In this document: positions 43,196-58,935 of the stretch, one piece after another
Position numbering within the stretch: the first letter of the stretch is position 1
Layout: the number at the start of each line of letters is the position of its first letter
NCBI GenBank assembly: GCA_964016885.1
Contig: OZ024742.1
Span: forward strand, 332,444,001 to 332,508,000
Length of the DNA: 64,000 nucleotides
Origin: Eledone cirrhosa
Lineage: Eukaryota
Direction of reading: 5' to 3'
Notes under the pieces: generated by a model
Told to the model about the DNA's origin: nothing
Seen by the model: the letters and a program-made list of their open reading frames with translations, nothing else
Database searches by the model: none
Translations under genes and position numbers: made by a program

Positions 43196-43851
43196 ATCCA
43201 TGTATGTGTATGTGTGTTGTTGCATAGAATGTCCGAAGTGTAAACTGAAATCGTTTCGATGTTAAAATGGGAAATTAATCAAATTTCTCGTATTAACATC
43301 AACAAAACCTATCTGTTTGTTTACAGAGGTAAAGGTGACAAGGTACATTCGATGAAGGAATCGGAAAGTGGTAAAGAAGTAAAAATATAAATCAGCGACA
43401 GAATAAAATGCGAGGGTTCAAAAAATGGTATAAGACAATCATAACGTTATTGTGGCTACACGTTATGTTTTTATGGGAGCAGTGATGGTGGGTAGAAAGC
43501 GTTTCTATAACTGGTAGATCGCGTTTCTATAATTGGTCACTACTCAAAATAGTACTTTATGAGTCTGTGAATCTCTGACGATAATTCTTTAAATAGTTGT
43601 GTCTCCATCTGCTTAGTTTCTGTACCTGCGCTAAATATACGTCTATATACATAGATTACGGAGTTTAACCTAGACTGAGTAAATGTGTACACACATATAC
43701 ACATGAGTATATAGACATGTCAAATTTTAATGTTTCCTTGCAATTTGACGAATGTGAATATTCTTGATAGGTTTTCAACCATAATTGGGGTCCTCGTCAT
43801 ATATAATCACAACACATTTAAACACACACACACATACACAGATATGTATAT

Positions 43852-43919
<68 letters not shown>

Positions 43920-44083
43920 TTGTGTGTGTGTCTGTGTGTGTATCTATATTTATGTGCGGGAGTGTTCGGAGTATATTGCATTCAGTTTGTTATGTGAGGG
44001 AATAATCTATAAATCTCAAAGGAAAACGTCTTACGGCAGCTTCAACAGACTCACACTCCCCTCAACACACTCACACACACGCG

Positions 44084-44159
<76 letters not shown>

Positions 44160-44267
44160 CACACACACACACACACACTCACACAAACACTCACACACAT
44201 ATATACACACAAAAAACACATACACACACACACACACATACTCATTAACACACAGAGACATGTATGT

Positions 44268-44303
<36 letters not shown>

Positions 44304-45826
44304 ATATGATTCTTTTAATTCCGGTTATTGGTAATCGTTATTTATTGCGAAAGGGAAAGAAGCCATAACATTTCGCTGAATTTTTCTGAGATTTCCTTAT
44401 CGAATTATTTAACAGTTTTTTAGTTTATTTGTTACATATTCTTTTATTTACTTATTTCATTGATTTACTATATATAGTTTCTTGTTTCTGCTCCACGTCT
44501 ATCTCATTCTACATAAACACATACAGCACATATAGAGAAAAACAAATGGAAGAAGTGCATTCGTTAATGATTGTGCATGGGATCTGCACCGCTAAGTGTC
44601 TGGCAATGGGAGTATTTCAGCCCTCTCTACGTGAACAGATTTGTCCAAGGGAAAGGTAAAGACCGATATAACGAGGCACACGTTTCTCTGCTACTCATTT
44701 TTTTTTTCAGCTGAGTGAACTGGAGCAATGTAAAATATAGTGTCTTGCTGAAGGAGACAGAACGCTGCACAGTCTGGGAGTTGGACATATGACCATCAGT
44801 TTATATTTACAACCTGATATACGATTTTAGTAACTTACATGCTTGCTTTTTGCTGAATAGATTTCTTATTCTAATTATTCATATATCAAATCTTGTTATT
44901 CACAATATTTTTTTATACAGTTATTTGTTTCAGACAATGGGTTGAGGCCATGATTAGTTTAGGTTTAGTTTCGTTTTTGTTGTTTTGTGAAATGTATCGA
45001 TCCTATGCTAGAATTAAGTATTGGAATGTCGAATGGCTGAATCAAAACGACTGTCAACAAAATGGCTTCAGTTGACAGAATCATTAGAAACAGCACCAGG
45101 GATAGTTGCATGCCGGTATTTAGTTACAGCTCGTTACGTTCTGAGTTTAAATCTCAAGGAGATTGAAAACAACCCAGGCCTAAATTGAGCGGAACTTCAT
45201 AATTTGTGAAAAATAATTAATATGTTCATTGATAGTATTAGACAAATATTATAAAAGTATTACATCATGGAAGTGTCGTATAAGCGATGAAAACATCCAC
45301 GTGAAGACGCATTTATCATAAATCCCTTGGTGTCAAACTTTCCGTTGCGACCTGGTCATTGATATATTTTCAATGGAACAGAGAGGAATTAAAATAACAC
45401 ATTAGTGGTATAATTGTCCGGTTGTACGTTACGGTCTCGGATCAAGTCACTTACTAGCAACTCTAAATATATTCCTACAAAATATATTCCTAGAAAATAT
45501 ATTCGGATAAAAAGGAAAAAAAAAACAATAGAGCCGATCATCGTATCAGACCTAAGAAAATATGTTTCCATTGTTTTTTTTACCGCTGATACTCTCTGTG
45601 AGTCGCAACTCAGAAATCTCAAATTTTGAATCAGATGCCGTAAAACATCTTGTCCGATTCATTAACAGCTATACCAAACCACAAGCCTGTAACTGTCACA
45701 TAAAATGTAACGTTGACCTCCACTGTATGAGGGACTGAACAGTGTAAGGAGGCAGAATGAATACCGAGGCATTTAATTGAACGCTCTAACGAATCTGCTA
45801 ATTCGTCGATCACACATACAAAACGA

Positions 45827-45865
<39 letters not shown>

Positions 45866-45971
45866 TATATATATTTAAATTTGTGTACCCTTCCTTTTTG
45901 CCCCCCCCCCCATTTTTAATGTCTTTCCACCACTCCCCCTCACACCCTCGGAACTATTTTCCTGCCGATTT

Positions 45972-46005
45972 TTCTCCTGATGAAGGGCTTATGCCCGAAA
46001 CGTCA
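45972..46005 (+). ncRNA. Minimal hammerhead motif with eroded stem I (family of 407-440)
   Basis: CTGATGA-A-GGGC ttat GCCC-GAAAC-GTC. The downstream flank resembles that of the 407-440 copy, but the 3' strand of stem I does not pair. Confidence 0.6.
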
Positions 46006-46091
46006 TCCCCGCCCGCCACTATCAAACGTGAAACTAATATTAACATTTTGTACTGCCTCTTCTCTTTGTTGTTTATTTGTTTTCTGTTTCA

Positions 46092-46141
<50 letters not shown>

Positions 46142-46226
46142 GTAGGTCCCGGGATGAGTCGGGGATAACCACAGTAAGTAAGGTACTCAATACATGGCAG
46201 AGTAAATTTTTTTATTTTATAGAAGG

Positions 46227-46277
46227 AGCTTCTAAAGGACTAGTACTGTTTCATTCAGATGAAATCTTCAGGAAGCT
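46227..46277 (-). ncRNA. Hammerhead ribozyme in a PLE 3' pLTR, slightly eroded
   Basis: AGCTTC-CTGAAGA-t-TTCA tc TGAA-t-GAAACAGtACTAGTCCTtTA-GAAGCT. Stem III is two substitutions from the palindrome ACAGGACTAGTCCTGT. Confidence 0.7.
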
Positions 46278-46658
46278 GGGCACTCACAGTAAAGTGACCA
46301 GTGAAAAACTCGGTACATCTACATATGTATACGTGTGTGTATTCATATGCATACTAGTATTTCAGTATACATATGTGGATGTACATTTTTAACTTAATTG
46401 TGTATACATATATATATACATATATATATCTATATGCACACCTACATGTACGTATGTCTCTCTCGTGTAAAGTATACTATACATACACATACATACATAT
46501 GCACACACATACATACACATACATACACACACACACAAACACATACATTCACACGTATATATACATATATACACATACACACACATACATATAAAATCTC
46601 ATATATATATATATATATATATACATATATACCTATACACATATATACCTACACATAC

Positions 46659-46690
<32 letters not shown>

Positions 46691-47479
46691 ATATATACAT
46701 ATATACATACACACACATACACATTTACAAGCAAACACGCATACATACACATACATACATACAAATAAGTACACATAAACGCATATGCACAAACACGCAC
46801 TCGTTCGCACTCATACATGTGTCTATCGTATAAAGGTAGTGGGACAAATTTAAATTTTAAATTTTAAACTGGGCCTGATAGAGGATAAAATAATTAATGT
46901 CACTATTAAGTTATTAATATTATCATCAAGTAATTAATTACTGTTTATTATTTATTACTTACTATTTACCATTCACTATTCGTTACCTATCTTTTATCCC
47001 TTATCTATTCATTACCTAATCATTCACTCATAAATTAATAAATAAATGAATGAGTTAACTAACAAACAAACAAACAAACAGATAAACAAATACACCAGCA
47101 AATAAGTAAATAAATAAACAAATAAATAAATAAATGGATAAATAAATAAATAAGTAAATAAAATAACTAAATAAATAAATAAATAAATAAATAAATATAC
47201 AGTTAAATAGATAAATAAATCATGAACGTGTGCGTGCAGCAGTTCATAACTGCACGTATGCAAACATGAGCAGGTATATACGTGAATTTGTGTGTGCGGC
47301 CACGGAACTTTACTCAGAGGCATACAACACAATATATAAGACCTGGAGGGGAGGAAGGAAGGTAATAATGAGAGATAGAGGGGAGGAAAGAGGGTAATAA
47401 TGAGAGATGGAGGGACGGAAATGGGATGGGAGGCGGGGTGGGGTGGTGATATGGGGGGGGGGTCAGTCGGGGGGCTGGG

Positions 47480-48089
47480 AGGTCTGTAGTTTTTGTAATT
47501 TGCATAGTTCTTGTGCATGCAATTAGGGGAGTGTTCCGAGATCTTGTTGAGGAGAGGGCCTTTGGCGAATAGAATCTCATAGCTCTCGGAGATACAGCGG
47601 TCACAGCAATTATGGCCTCCCGTATATGATCGCGCTCTCTGGAGTAGTCTCCATTGGGTCTTGAAGGGGATGGAGTTCCTTTTTAGGTGCCAGATGTGGG
47701 CGGCGAGTGTAGTTTGGTTAGATTTGTCTGGGCGCCGGAACGAATGTGTGTGGGCGTACCAGCGAGTCTTAAAACTATTAGAAGTCATCCCGATGTACGA
47801 GTTTCTTTTTTCATCGGGGCCTGAGAGTACATCGCATATATACACGAGATCTTTTTTTAGACAGTTGTTGTTGAGAGGGCAGGTCGTCTTATCAGGGCAA
47901 TTGCAGTTGCTATCGGTTGCTGGATGGGCTTCGGAAAAAGTAGACTTATTTAGCTTCTTGATGTTGTTGTTGGCTAAGTTTTTAGCTAGATTAGGTGTGG
48001 TAGAGTAAGAGAGTCTAATGGTATTCTTATTAAGGATAGTATAGTACCTATGTTGGGTGGGGAAGTGTTTTTGTAAGAGAGTGAAGAAT

Positions 48090-48090
<1 letters not shown>
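47480..48090 (-). pseudogene. PLE polyprotein C-terminus with GIY-YIG endonuclease
   Basis: KHFP..HRYYTILNKNTIRLSYS, CNCPDKTTCPLNNNCL, LVY...YIGMT..FKTRWYAH, TTLAAHIWHLK, CDRCISE and CMHK. Confidence 0.92.
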
Positions 48091-48293
<203 letters not shown>

Positions 48294-48448
48294 TCGAGAG
48301 TAAGGTTTGTTAATATATCCACCACGAGTAAATTTATAGGAAAATATTGTTTAATGTGTAATCAATTTTGTTTGGTGGCATTTTAGGTTCCCGTGTGGTA
48401 GGTATGTACTCGAATGTATGGGAGTCACAAATCGGCAGAGACACACAT

Positions 48449-48520
48449 CTGTTTACCTCTCTTAACTTTTGAAAATTATGAAACTGTTTACCTCTCTTAA
48501 CTTTTGAAAATTATGAAACT
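48449..48520. repeat. 35-bp perfect tandem duplication
   Basis: ctgtttacctctcttaacttttgaaaattatgaaa occurs twice. Confidence 0.92.
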
Positions 48521-49161
48521 TGGGAGACCAGTAAAGCTACAATTATTGTAAATAAACATTCTTAAAGACGCCAATTGTATTTTCAACTTTTTTTTTGCGA
48601 TATATATTGTCGAATCAGGTATCTGTCATATCCCGAACTTAAAGTAAAATGTTTACTGGATAAAATAACAATATTTATGTCCTCTATTATCACACGAGTA
48701 TCGTAAAGTAAGTATTACCAGAGTAATTCAACTACCCGCAGATAAGACACTGAAAAGGTTTGTCATTCCTCTCTGAATCAGACAACAAAATATGAATTGT
48801 AAAAATAACCATAATATAAATGTGTAATACAGTTGTAGTATAAACTTAAATTATGCGTTTATGATTAGGACATAAATCAGAAAAGGAGGTCGTTCCATGT
48901 ATATGACATATATTAGAATATCGCGTTGCCAATTACTCCCATGATGTGAACGTTACGGTTGTCGATTACAGGGATGCAACTCTGAACAACATAAACTATC
49001 ACATTAGCAGTTATAAATGCTTTCCAGGATAATCTATTAGTATTTATCCTCTCTAGTATCAGTTGTAAATAGTATAATTTTTGTAGTCATTCAACCACAA
49101 CATGTGGAATGGCTTTTGTGTATCTCGTAATTTTCGTTCAGAAAGCCTAATCATTGCATAT

Positions 49162-49248
<87 letters not shown>

Positions 49249-49370
49249 GGTGAGAAATATTGTAGAACAATAAAACTATGCATATATCAGAAAATTAGCA
49301 CTCAACAGTTGGGAGAACTGGAGTATATATAATAAAGAAGAAATTAAAAGGTGGTTAAAAGAGTTCCATA

Positions 49371-49441
49371 TATTTTATTATGCGCATTTCGAATACAAAA
49401 TCATCCTGGGACAAAAATTGTGTTCTCATCAGATAAAATAA
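49371..49441 (-). ncRNA. Type-I hammerhead ribozyme
   Basis: TATTTTAT-CTGATGA-GAA...TTC-GAAA-TGCGCA-TA-ATAAAATA, with a palindromic stem III and an 8-bp stem I. Confidence 0.85.
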
Positions 49442-49571
49442 GGTAACATGATATGTCGCATAATAGCACTTGTTTACAGGAAAGTGCTAAGTTTAACACT
49501 TATAATTCTAGCATATGTAGACTTGGCACTTTCCTGTAAACAAGTGCTATTATGCCCCATATCATGTTACC

Positions 49572-49642
49572 TTATTTTATCTGATGAGAACACAATTTTT
49601 GTCCCAGGATGATTTTGTTTTCGAAATGAGCATAATGAAATA
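49572..49642 (+). ncRNA. Type-I hammerhead ribozyme (mirror copy)
   Basis: TATTTTAT-CTGATGA-GAA...TTC-GAAA-TGAGCA-TA-ATGAAATA. Confidence 0.8.
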
Positions 49643-49686
49643 TATGGAACTCTTTTAGCCACCTTTTAATTTCTTCATTATTATAC

Positions 49687-49740
<54 letters not shown>

Positions 49741-50255
49741 GCATGTGCGCGCGCGTGTGGGTGTATATAATATATGTGTGTGTGTGTGTGCGTGTATATA
49801 AGTATATGCGCATATTTATATACACACACATATATATATACACGCGCACACATGCACACACACACACACACAAACACACACACGCATATATACCAATGTG
49901 CCCACATCTACCTCATAAGACACACAAAAATGAATTAAATCCACGCAAACATACCAATTGTTTCCCTTCGACACACGCACACACAATCACAGCCATACCA
50001 CTACCGTCCCCTTCAATATGACCCCCCACCCCAACCCAACCTTTAACCGCCTCCCATACCTTTCTTTCTCCTCCCAACTCCCTTTTTTTCTTCAGTTCCT
50101 TTCCTAACCTACTCACACTACTCATACTTCTATCTGTTCTCTTGTTATCCCAAACTATCCTAAAGAAGGACTCCAGTGCGAAACGCAATTCCTCCAAGCG
50201 TGAACCAAATATAACTGTAATTCTGGTTGGTGTATTTTGTTTTGTTTCATTATAT

Positions 50256-50703
<448 letters not shown>

Positions 50704-51298
50704 TATATATATATATATATATATATTTGCTTTAACAAGGACAGAAGCGACGCAAACCAATGTGGTCGAAAATCAGCATGCAGGAGTTTTAACAAAAAAA
50801 CAATTTAACCTAATAACGAATGTTTTAAAGATCCAAAACGGAGAAAGCAGGCGGTTGCTAACATCGATTTTTTTAAAACATGTCATAAAGATCATTTATT
50901 TATACATATATATCAGTTTCGCTTTTCGAACCCCTTATTTTGTCTTTATCCTTTTCCTATTGAACCTCTACTTTGGTATTGAGTACTCTTTTCTCTCATC
51001 CCTCAACGACATACGGATATATTTTTATTTTTCTTATCACAGGCTGAAAGAATTGGGGTCTAGAACCCAGCGAAAATTTAGTACCTATTTATGCCACTGT
51101 TGTAATTATTTATATATATATTACGTTCATATCTTACAACATCGTTTTTACATATGGTAACGGATTTTGTTTTATAATATCGACCTCATACAACTGATAA
51201 ATTGACTTATTCAGAAATAAAATATTTAGCAAAATGTGTAATCAAAGCATCGGATTGTAGCGTCAGTTGAAATTCTTAGACAGTGGAGTGTTATAAAT

Positions 51299-51478
51299 AA
51301 TTGTTTCTACTTTTGGCACAAGCAGTTATCCCAGTGCATTACCTGTACTTTATTTTATCGACCCCGTAAGGATGAAAGGCAAAGTTAACCACAAAGGGAT
51401 TTGAACTCAGACCGTAAAGGGACCTAAATATCCTGGAAATCATGGCGTCCGACCCTCCACCGATACTGCCAATTCACC
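51299..51478 (-). mobile_element. SINE family A, full length
   Basis: Reverse complement of family A. Confidence 0.88.
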
Positions 51479-52899
51479 AATAATACTGAAAAAAGCCGGT
51501 AAAATATCACTGCCAGCATTTCTATTCTCTGTAGTGGCTGCTGTCCACTTTTTCCGTTTCTAGGGGGATTTATTTTATTTTCTAAGCTATTGTTTATAGC
51601 AATTGAGCGTGTTTACAGTCATCTTTTGGTTTGATATTTTCTACATATAAGAAGAAAATGTTTGCCTTAGGAAACGTAATATACGTGTGTATGTATCTAT
51701 GCATGTAATTGTAACAGCATGCCAAATCAATAATACTTATTTATGTTGAATATAAGGTTTTAGTGGGAGCAATATGTTGTATATTGAAACAAAGCTATTA
51801 TCTGATGAAAGACAGCATAAAGAAAGTATGTTATCAAATTCAAATTATATGTGTGTGAAATGAATACATTGAGAAGTAAGACAGAAATAAAAAAAAATGT
51901 GGATTTAAATGATATTACAGGTGTATGAAAAATCTTATATCTACTTAGATGTTCAGAGAGAGAAACATATAATGTGCATCACTTAAGATGTAACAACTTT
52001 TTCAGGTTTCTATCACATTAGTAATATATATGCACATACGTGTATGTATTTATGCATGCATGTGTGCGTTTATGTATCTATTGCATCTTAAAGGATTTCG
52101 GTATATGTTAAAACAAGAGTGTTATATAATCGAATATCATGAAGATTATATATGCAAACGAAATAAAATTATGTGAAAGTCCATACAATTGTATGAGCCA
52201 GAATTTATATAATTATTAGATAATAATTAAGAGGATTAAGATAAAGTTAAACAAGTGATCGTAAAAAGACAACAGAGGGGTTACATGTTTGAAAATTAAG
52301 GGGAATAACATGATATTATCTGGAATAATTACTAAGTATAAGGACATATGATCACTGATATTAGAAATGGTCAATGTATATGCTGTCATAAAGTTAACTA
52401 TAGTTAATGAAGCCTAATAATTGATTTAAATATTATGCTTGGATTGCAAATTCGAATTCAGTAATTAAATATATAATATTGGTGGATAATTAAATCTAAT
52501 TTCAAGCAATGACATAAAGCTTACTAAAAGATGTAAGTATACTCGTTTATCCGTTGCTACTACATAATTTATTCAATATATTATAATTAACATGGAATAT
52601 TAACATGAAGAAAGCAATTGATGTTGGTAGATAAAGAAAATTATATTGAAAATCTACCCTATTATACATATAAGAATATATAAGAAATCTTAAAGGAAAT
52701 ATAGTAATATCCAAACAAGTGTAAAATGTTGTCTGCATAAGTACTTAAATCTTTATGGTGTTGTAGTTACACCATTTTGACGTACGGTGTCATTTGTGTA
52801 GTGTTCAATATGTTTTACTTAGCATGAGCAAGTTGAATTGTTAGTATTCAATTAGGTGAATTTGGTGGTGTGAATAAAGATCCAGTGTCTTCAGATTAC

Positions 52900-53165
52900 G
52901 TTGACTTATCCGTGCCTTTCCTGATCCCGTAACGCTCCAGGCTCATGGGAAAGCTGCAGCGGGTAACAGCGTACCGCATGCCACAATATTTCTCTGCAAC
53001 GAGTCAGTAGTAGGGGTGTCCCGAAGTTCTTAGCAGGCCAATCTCTGATCGTATTCACACAACTATTCTGCCTAACGTCCTTGCCTTCTTTCTCTTTGAA
53101 CTGTTACTTAAAGGGTGATATAGATAAATACATCAGATCTAGTTACATGACCGATGTTGTCCATA
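52900..53165 (-). mobile_element. RTE-like LINE 3'-end relic
   Basis: Minus-strand GHVTRS...VTVQRERRQGR resembles the GHV.R...G.V.G.R.RGR C-terminal motif of RTE ORFs. Confidence 0.5.
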
Positions 53166-56115
53166 TGCTAAATGATTGTCGTGCGAACATTTTCGGTGCT
53201 TATGTGTTACATTGATGCCAAGGAGAATCAAATCCTGAAATGTTATTTTGCAAACCTTTTCAACTTCAACAATTCAAAATAATATTTCGAAATTGCTCTA
53301 TTCATTTTGTAATAAAGAAAATGGAGTATTTCAGCATATCAAAAATGAAGGATCAGAAATGCTGAATTAAGGATATCAATCCTCATATTTTCCACTGATT
53401 TTAACATAAGGACATCTTACTTCAAAGCCTGTGCTATTGAAACACGGCACAATGATAAATGACATCATTAAATTTGTAAACATTATAAAGTCAGATTCTT
53501 CAGTGGTTTTGTTCTTTGATTAAATGGAAATATGATCATTAAGATGGCATTAGATGCTTATCTCATGGACATAGTTCGGGTTCGGTCTGAAAGCAATTAT
53601 CTTTTAGCTTCAAGATTTTCAAATTCAAAATGGATGATTTAGTTAGTATATTTCTGATATTATTTTTTTTTAATTGAATGATTGCAATATTTCTCTACAT
53701 GACCATGAAATATTAATGGCTTGATTGCTAAAACACATGCTTTGAAATTAACATGCATATGGGGGAAGAGGGAAATAAGGCAAGGAATAACTACAAAACA
53801 AGGAACTATTTTCGCATTCAGTTGTCTGATTTAAAAAATATAGGGTAATAAATTCAATGCCGATAAAAATATCTGGAACTATCTAGCAATATTGATAGCA
53901 GAAATAAAGCCCTAAATACCAATAAAAGCAGTAGAGTAATATAAATGGGCACCCATACCATTTTGGTAGTGATTTTCGTAATTTACAGAAGGCTTTTGTC
54001 AACATTAATCAATTTCAAGGACATTGTATTAAAGTTCAAATGAATATGTCAGTTATAATTTCAACAAACTATGAAATCTATCATTGCATTCTGGTTGTTA
54101 GGGAGAAACAACAAAAAAAAAAAACACTTGCTCCAAATAAAGCAATGATGGGACATCTTCCCTCTAATACAACGTAACTGTGTAATTCAAGGTTTCCAAC
54201 TTTAACAAATACAAAACTGAGCTAAACTCTGATTGCAACCGGGAGGGGTAATGCTTCAGATTAATCATATTGAAGTTGTAACCAAAATGGGAGGGAATGT
54301 TTAAAGTCGTCTAAGTTCAAATTTCTTCTTCATTATATTACAGAAAAATGTATAGTTTCTTCTAGAATGAACTTAAAGATTTGGAGTATTACCGTAAGAC
54401 AATGAACTTTTACGAGTACACGATGCTAACAATGTGATTGAAGATGACTAAGTTATGAATGCGTCGTCGATTATAATAATATTTCCGATTCTTGTTATGA
54501 AGGGAGTTTTGTATTATATGTATATTTTCGTAACAGTGAATGTAGCTTTAAAACAACACGTGAAAATACTATATAATTGGGAATCGGCCATCTTACATCT
54601 ATGTAATTATGCAAAACTTAAATCCTTATTGTGAGGTCAACATTATCTGTTTTAAATATAAATGTGTTTAATGAGCCACTATAATAGCTAAATGAATTGG
54701 CTTTTTCTAAACCTCAAGTTTTAATTAATTGTGGGGGTCTTGAAGAATGGTTCAGTGGTTTGAATCATCAAGCTACGTAATTAAACAGGCCACAATCAAA
54801 ACGTGATTATGCAGAGACAGACTAAATTATTTCATGTAATCTGTTTAATAAATATAATCCAGCGCTATCACCCACTTCGGCAGTGCAACCGATACTAATA
54901 GTAAAGGGAATAATATTTGTCCTTAATCAGTTATCATAGACGATAACAGATTTTTTCTCGATTGTAAGATGATATCGGGGTTTGTGTTCTTGATAAGTGA
55001 TTTTGCTTAGTTTAGGGTAGTAGTAAGAATGGGCTCAGTTAGTTTAGTGTAGTAGACATTTAGATATAAACGGAAAGAAAAAGCAGTATTTATCTTGGGT
55101 TCTATTAAAACAGATTCAAATGGTACGTGTGATATAAGCTTGGTTTTATAAAGGATAAACTCTAATGTTATACCTTCATGATGCCTATGGTGGTTTAGAA
55201 ACTGTTAGAAAGTTTAGGTGAAGGGAAGCTGGTAAAGTTCGGTTTCAATTAGATGTAAGGTGCTTGTGTTTCAAGTGCTTCAGTCGTACTATCTATATCT
55301 AATCCAGTAACACTATGTTTATGTTAACTACTGATATTATCTAAGAAGGTATAGTTTAATTTTAATATAGATTAGCGATTGAATTACAAATAAACCGGGG
55401 CTAGATTTGTTTATTTATATATTTTAACAAGCCTTTTAATATATTTGGATTGACAAAAACATTGTTGTTTAAGTTAAGTTTTTTAATCTTGTTCATTATG
55501 TCTTTCTAAAATGAGTAGATACTTTTTCCTAAATGTGATTTTTATTTTTTTTTTTCATCAGGAGAAATAAATCTTGTTAAGAGGAGAACATTTTCCCGTT
55601 TTGAAACCGAATTTATCTCTTATATTCTCAAGTGAGATGGTTTTCTTTTCCTTTTTGTTTCTATGACAAAGAAGTAAATTATCCACATAATCCTCTTGAT
55701 ACAACTTTATTTTTATAGCAGACATTATAGGTAAACTTGCTTTGAAGATATACGTAGGTTTTCCATGGATATTTGTATTTGTTGTTATTGAATTTTTTAC
55801 AATATATGTTTATGGTTACAAAGCGAGCTACCATAACGAGAGCTTATTTATTATGAATATTTGATAATTATATATAAACAAAAAAATATTTACAGAATAA
55901 AGAATTCAATAGTGGAAGCATAGTTACTGAAACTAGTAAAATAATAAAGAACACACACACATTATATGTGTATACGTGTGCGTGTGTGTGTGTATGTGTC
56001 TGTGTGCATTATATATAAAGGAACGATCGACTTTCGTGAAATCGGACCGAGGAAACAATGTTTCCATTGGTATTTCCAATTGCTAATACTATCTATCGGT
56101 CGCATCTCCAGGTAG

Positions 56116-56233
56116 AAGGAGCAACGTGAAATAAAGTGTCTTGCCCAAGGACATAACGCATCGCCCGGTTCTGGAATCGAACTCACAACCTCACCATTGC
56201 GAATCCAATTCTCTAACCACTCAGCCACAGGCC
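56116..56233 (-). mobile_element. tRNA-derived SINE family B head
   Basis: A-box TGGCTGAGTGG, B-box GAGTTCGATTCC, then GTCCTTGGGCAAGACACTTTA. Relatives lie at about 12300, 31210, 44720 and 57855. Confidence 0.75.
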
Positions 56234-57277
56234 TTCACACGCATTATATATATATATATGTGTGTCTGTCTGTGCGTGTGTGTCACCTATTTGAACTCCA
56301 CAGCCAAACCCTGGGTTGCCTTCAGTGGAATCGAGTCAGCTCTGTTGCAAGTGTTTAGAATAGGTTTCTCTTTTGCTCAGGCCTTTCTCTTTCCCAATAA
56401 CCAGTCTTAATGACCCGGACTAAACTTCAAACATCATTTCTCTTGCATATAGAGCCCTTTGTTTCCATACTATATTGTACTCAAAGTCGGCACTTCCAAA
56501 AAAGCTATGTAGGCAGCTTTCTAGATCGCAGACCTTAAACAATTGCATTAATGGAACTTAAAGTCTCACACTTTTATACGTATCTGTATAATTAAATTAA
56601 ATTCATAACACATTTCTGCGAATTATATATTTATCTAACCAACATTGCCGTGGAGCAGGATTGTGATAATCTACAATGAGGTAGAGAATGTCATGCGGTG
56701 TTATCATATGTTCCATGATTTGGTATGGGTGACTGTGGACTGTGTAATAGGAAATGCACGTTTTGTGCTTTTTTTATAGTGTGACCAGAGCATGCAGCGT
56801 CAGCAACTAGTTTTATCAGATTGCTGAAGTATAAGTTTAATTTATTTTATTTCGAAGAAGCCAGAGGTGCTAAATACCAAGACTCCGTCTCTGATTGTAC
56901 TATGGATATCATCTATACAGATTTAGCCAACGCTATCTATAAACACATGTAAACACTATACATATATGTCACTATATTTCGTAACCCCTTTTCCTTTACA
57001 TGAACAAAAAGACATCAGTCTCCTGGCTGTTTGATATATCTCTGAACGAGATGCTTGCAAAGCCGGCTTTTCAACCGGAATACGTTTGCTATGTTTCATT
57101 TCTTTCTTACTTACCCTCTTTCATTTCTCTCTTTATTTCTTCTATATCTCTTTTTCCATTTTTTCACTTCTTTCTCACTTCATCCATATATACTCCTTTC
57201 TATTTCATTTTCAATTTCTCTTTATTTATCTCTCTGTATATAATCATTCTCCTTTTGCCTTTCAAATTCTCCCTCAC

Positions 57278-57281
<4 letters not shown>

Positions 57282-57373
<92 letters not shown>

Positions 57374-57430
57374 GCGCGCTCTCTCTCTCTCTCTCTCCCC
57401 TCTCGCTATCTCCCCCTCTCTCTCTCTCCC
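57282..57430. repeat. (CT)n microsatellite
   Basis: Directly visible. Confidence 0.97.
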
Positions 57431-58181
57431 TTTCTCTTTCGATTCCTGTTTCTCTTTCAGCTTTCTCCTACCACTCTTGCTTCTGGAAACTATACATGTC
57501 TACACACTCATACATGTAGAAAGACGCACAAATCTACAGTCACACTCACATACACACACACAAACACACGAGTATAAAATCGTAGGCAAGTAATCAGAAA
57601 ATCTATGAAGCACACTGGCTCGAAACGTGAACTCAAACATACAAATGTGAAAGCGGGATCTCCACCATTTCCGACTATGAATGTTTCAGTTGTTCCTCTA
57701 ACGGAAACCGCTACGTCTGGAATTAACTTGCAAGTGGTTGAGTAATCCAGATGCACGTGTAACTTTAAGAAAATCCGACGTGGTATGGTGTGTAGCATGG
57801 CTGGCATTTTGAAGTACTGGTGCAACTCATTTTTACCAACAGAATGAATTGAAGCAACGTTAAATAACATGTCTTGCTCGAGGTTAGAACGTACCGCCTG
57901 GCATCGAGTTCACAATCTTGCTATCATGACCCCAACTTCTTAACGACTAACACGCACTTTCATCTTTCACATATATATATATACATAAACATACATGCAC
58001 TTAAAATCTAGAATGACATACAGATACACAATAAAAGCATACATGAAAATATATCTAATCATAAACAGATCTAAGAATAACTCATGTACATGTAAACACA
58101 AATAGAATCAAAAAGAAAAGTTTAGAAAGATTGGATGAAAGTTATGTATAACGACGTATATCCATCTATCTATCTATATAT

Positions 58182-58278
<97 letters not shown>

Positions 58279-58397
58279 CAATATAAATATATATATATAA
58301 TCCCCTTGCATTGAACCACAAAGTTACTAAGACAAAACCTATATATTTGCTGGCATAGGTATGCATCTGTATATATATGTTAATAAATATACTAATT

Positions 58398-58517
<120 letters not shown>

Positions 58518-58685
58518 AAAGTTATATTTAAATTGTTGGGTTACAACTAGTAAATATTTATAACTGATATAAAAGCACTCGACAAGTATTTGGAGTATAT
58601 TTACAATATTAAATAATAATCAACTTTTCAAATACAAGTCGATGTTGTTACGGTATGTCAAATCTATTTATCTATAAAACTGTTT

Positions 58686-58762
58686 ATATTGTATTTTGTC
58701 TGAGGAGGGCATAGCATATTGTTAATATGATATCCCTGAAATATATATAATGAAATAAATAT
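58686..58762 (+). ncRNA. Hammerhead ribozyme in the 5' pLTR
   Basis: TATTTTGT-CTGAGGA-GGG..CATATT gtt AATATG..CCC-t-GAAA-TATATA-TA-ATGAAATA. Confidence 0.8.
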
Positions 58763-58935
58763 GGTTTTATAAATATAGTTTCCATTTATTTAATATTGTA
58801 AATATACTCCAAATACTTGTCGAGTGCTTTTATATCAGTTATAAATATTTACTAGTTGTAACCCAACAATTTAAATATAACTTTCCATGTATCTTGCTCC
58901 AATACTGTTGAGCGCTTTATATTATAACTGGAAAA

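Larger units (their letters stand above)
49326..49685. repeat. ~165-bp-arm inverted repeat carrying two opposed HHRs
   Basis: About 49326-49495 versus 49518-49685, with few mismatches. Confidence 0.92.

Noticed and set aside
47024-47480. Hydrophobic C-terminal extension of the 357-aa ORF
   Set aside because: This is read-through into a (TTTA)n-rich 3' UTR, not a membrane domain.
54720-54785. Weak hairpin, possible pre-miRNA
   Set aside because: Pairing is interrupted and AT-rich, with no supporting evidence.
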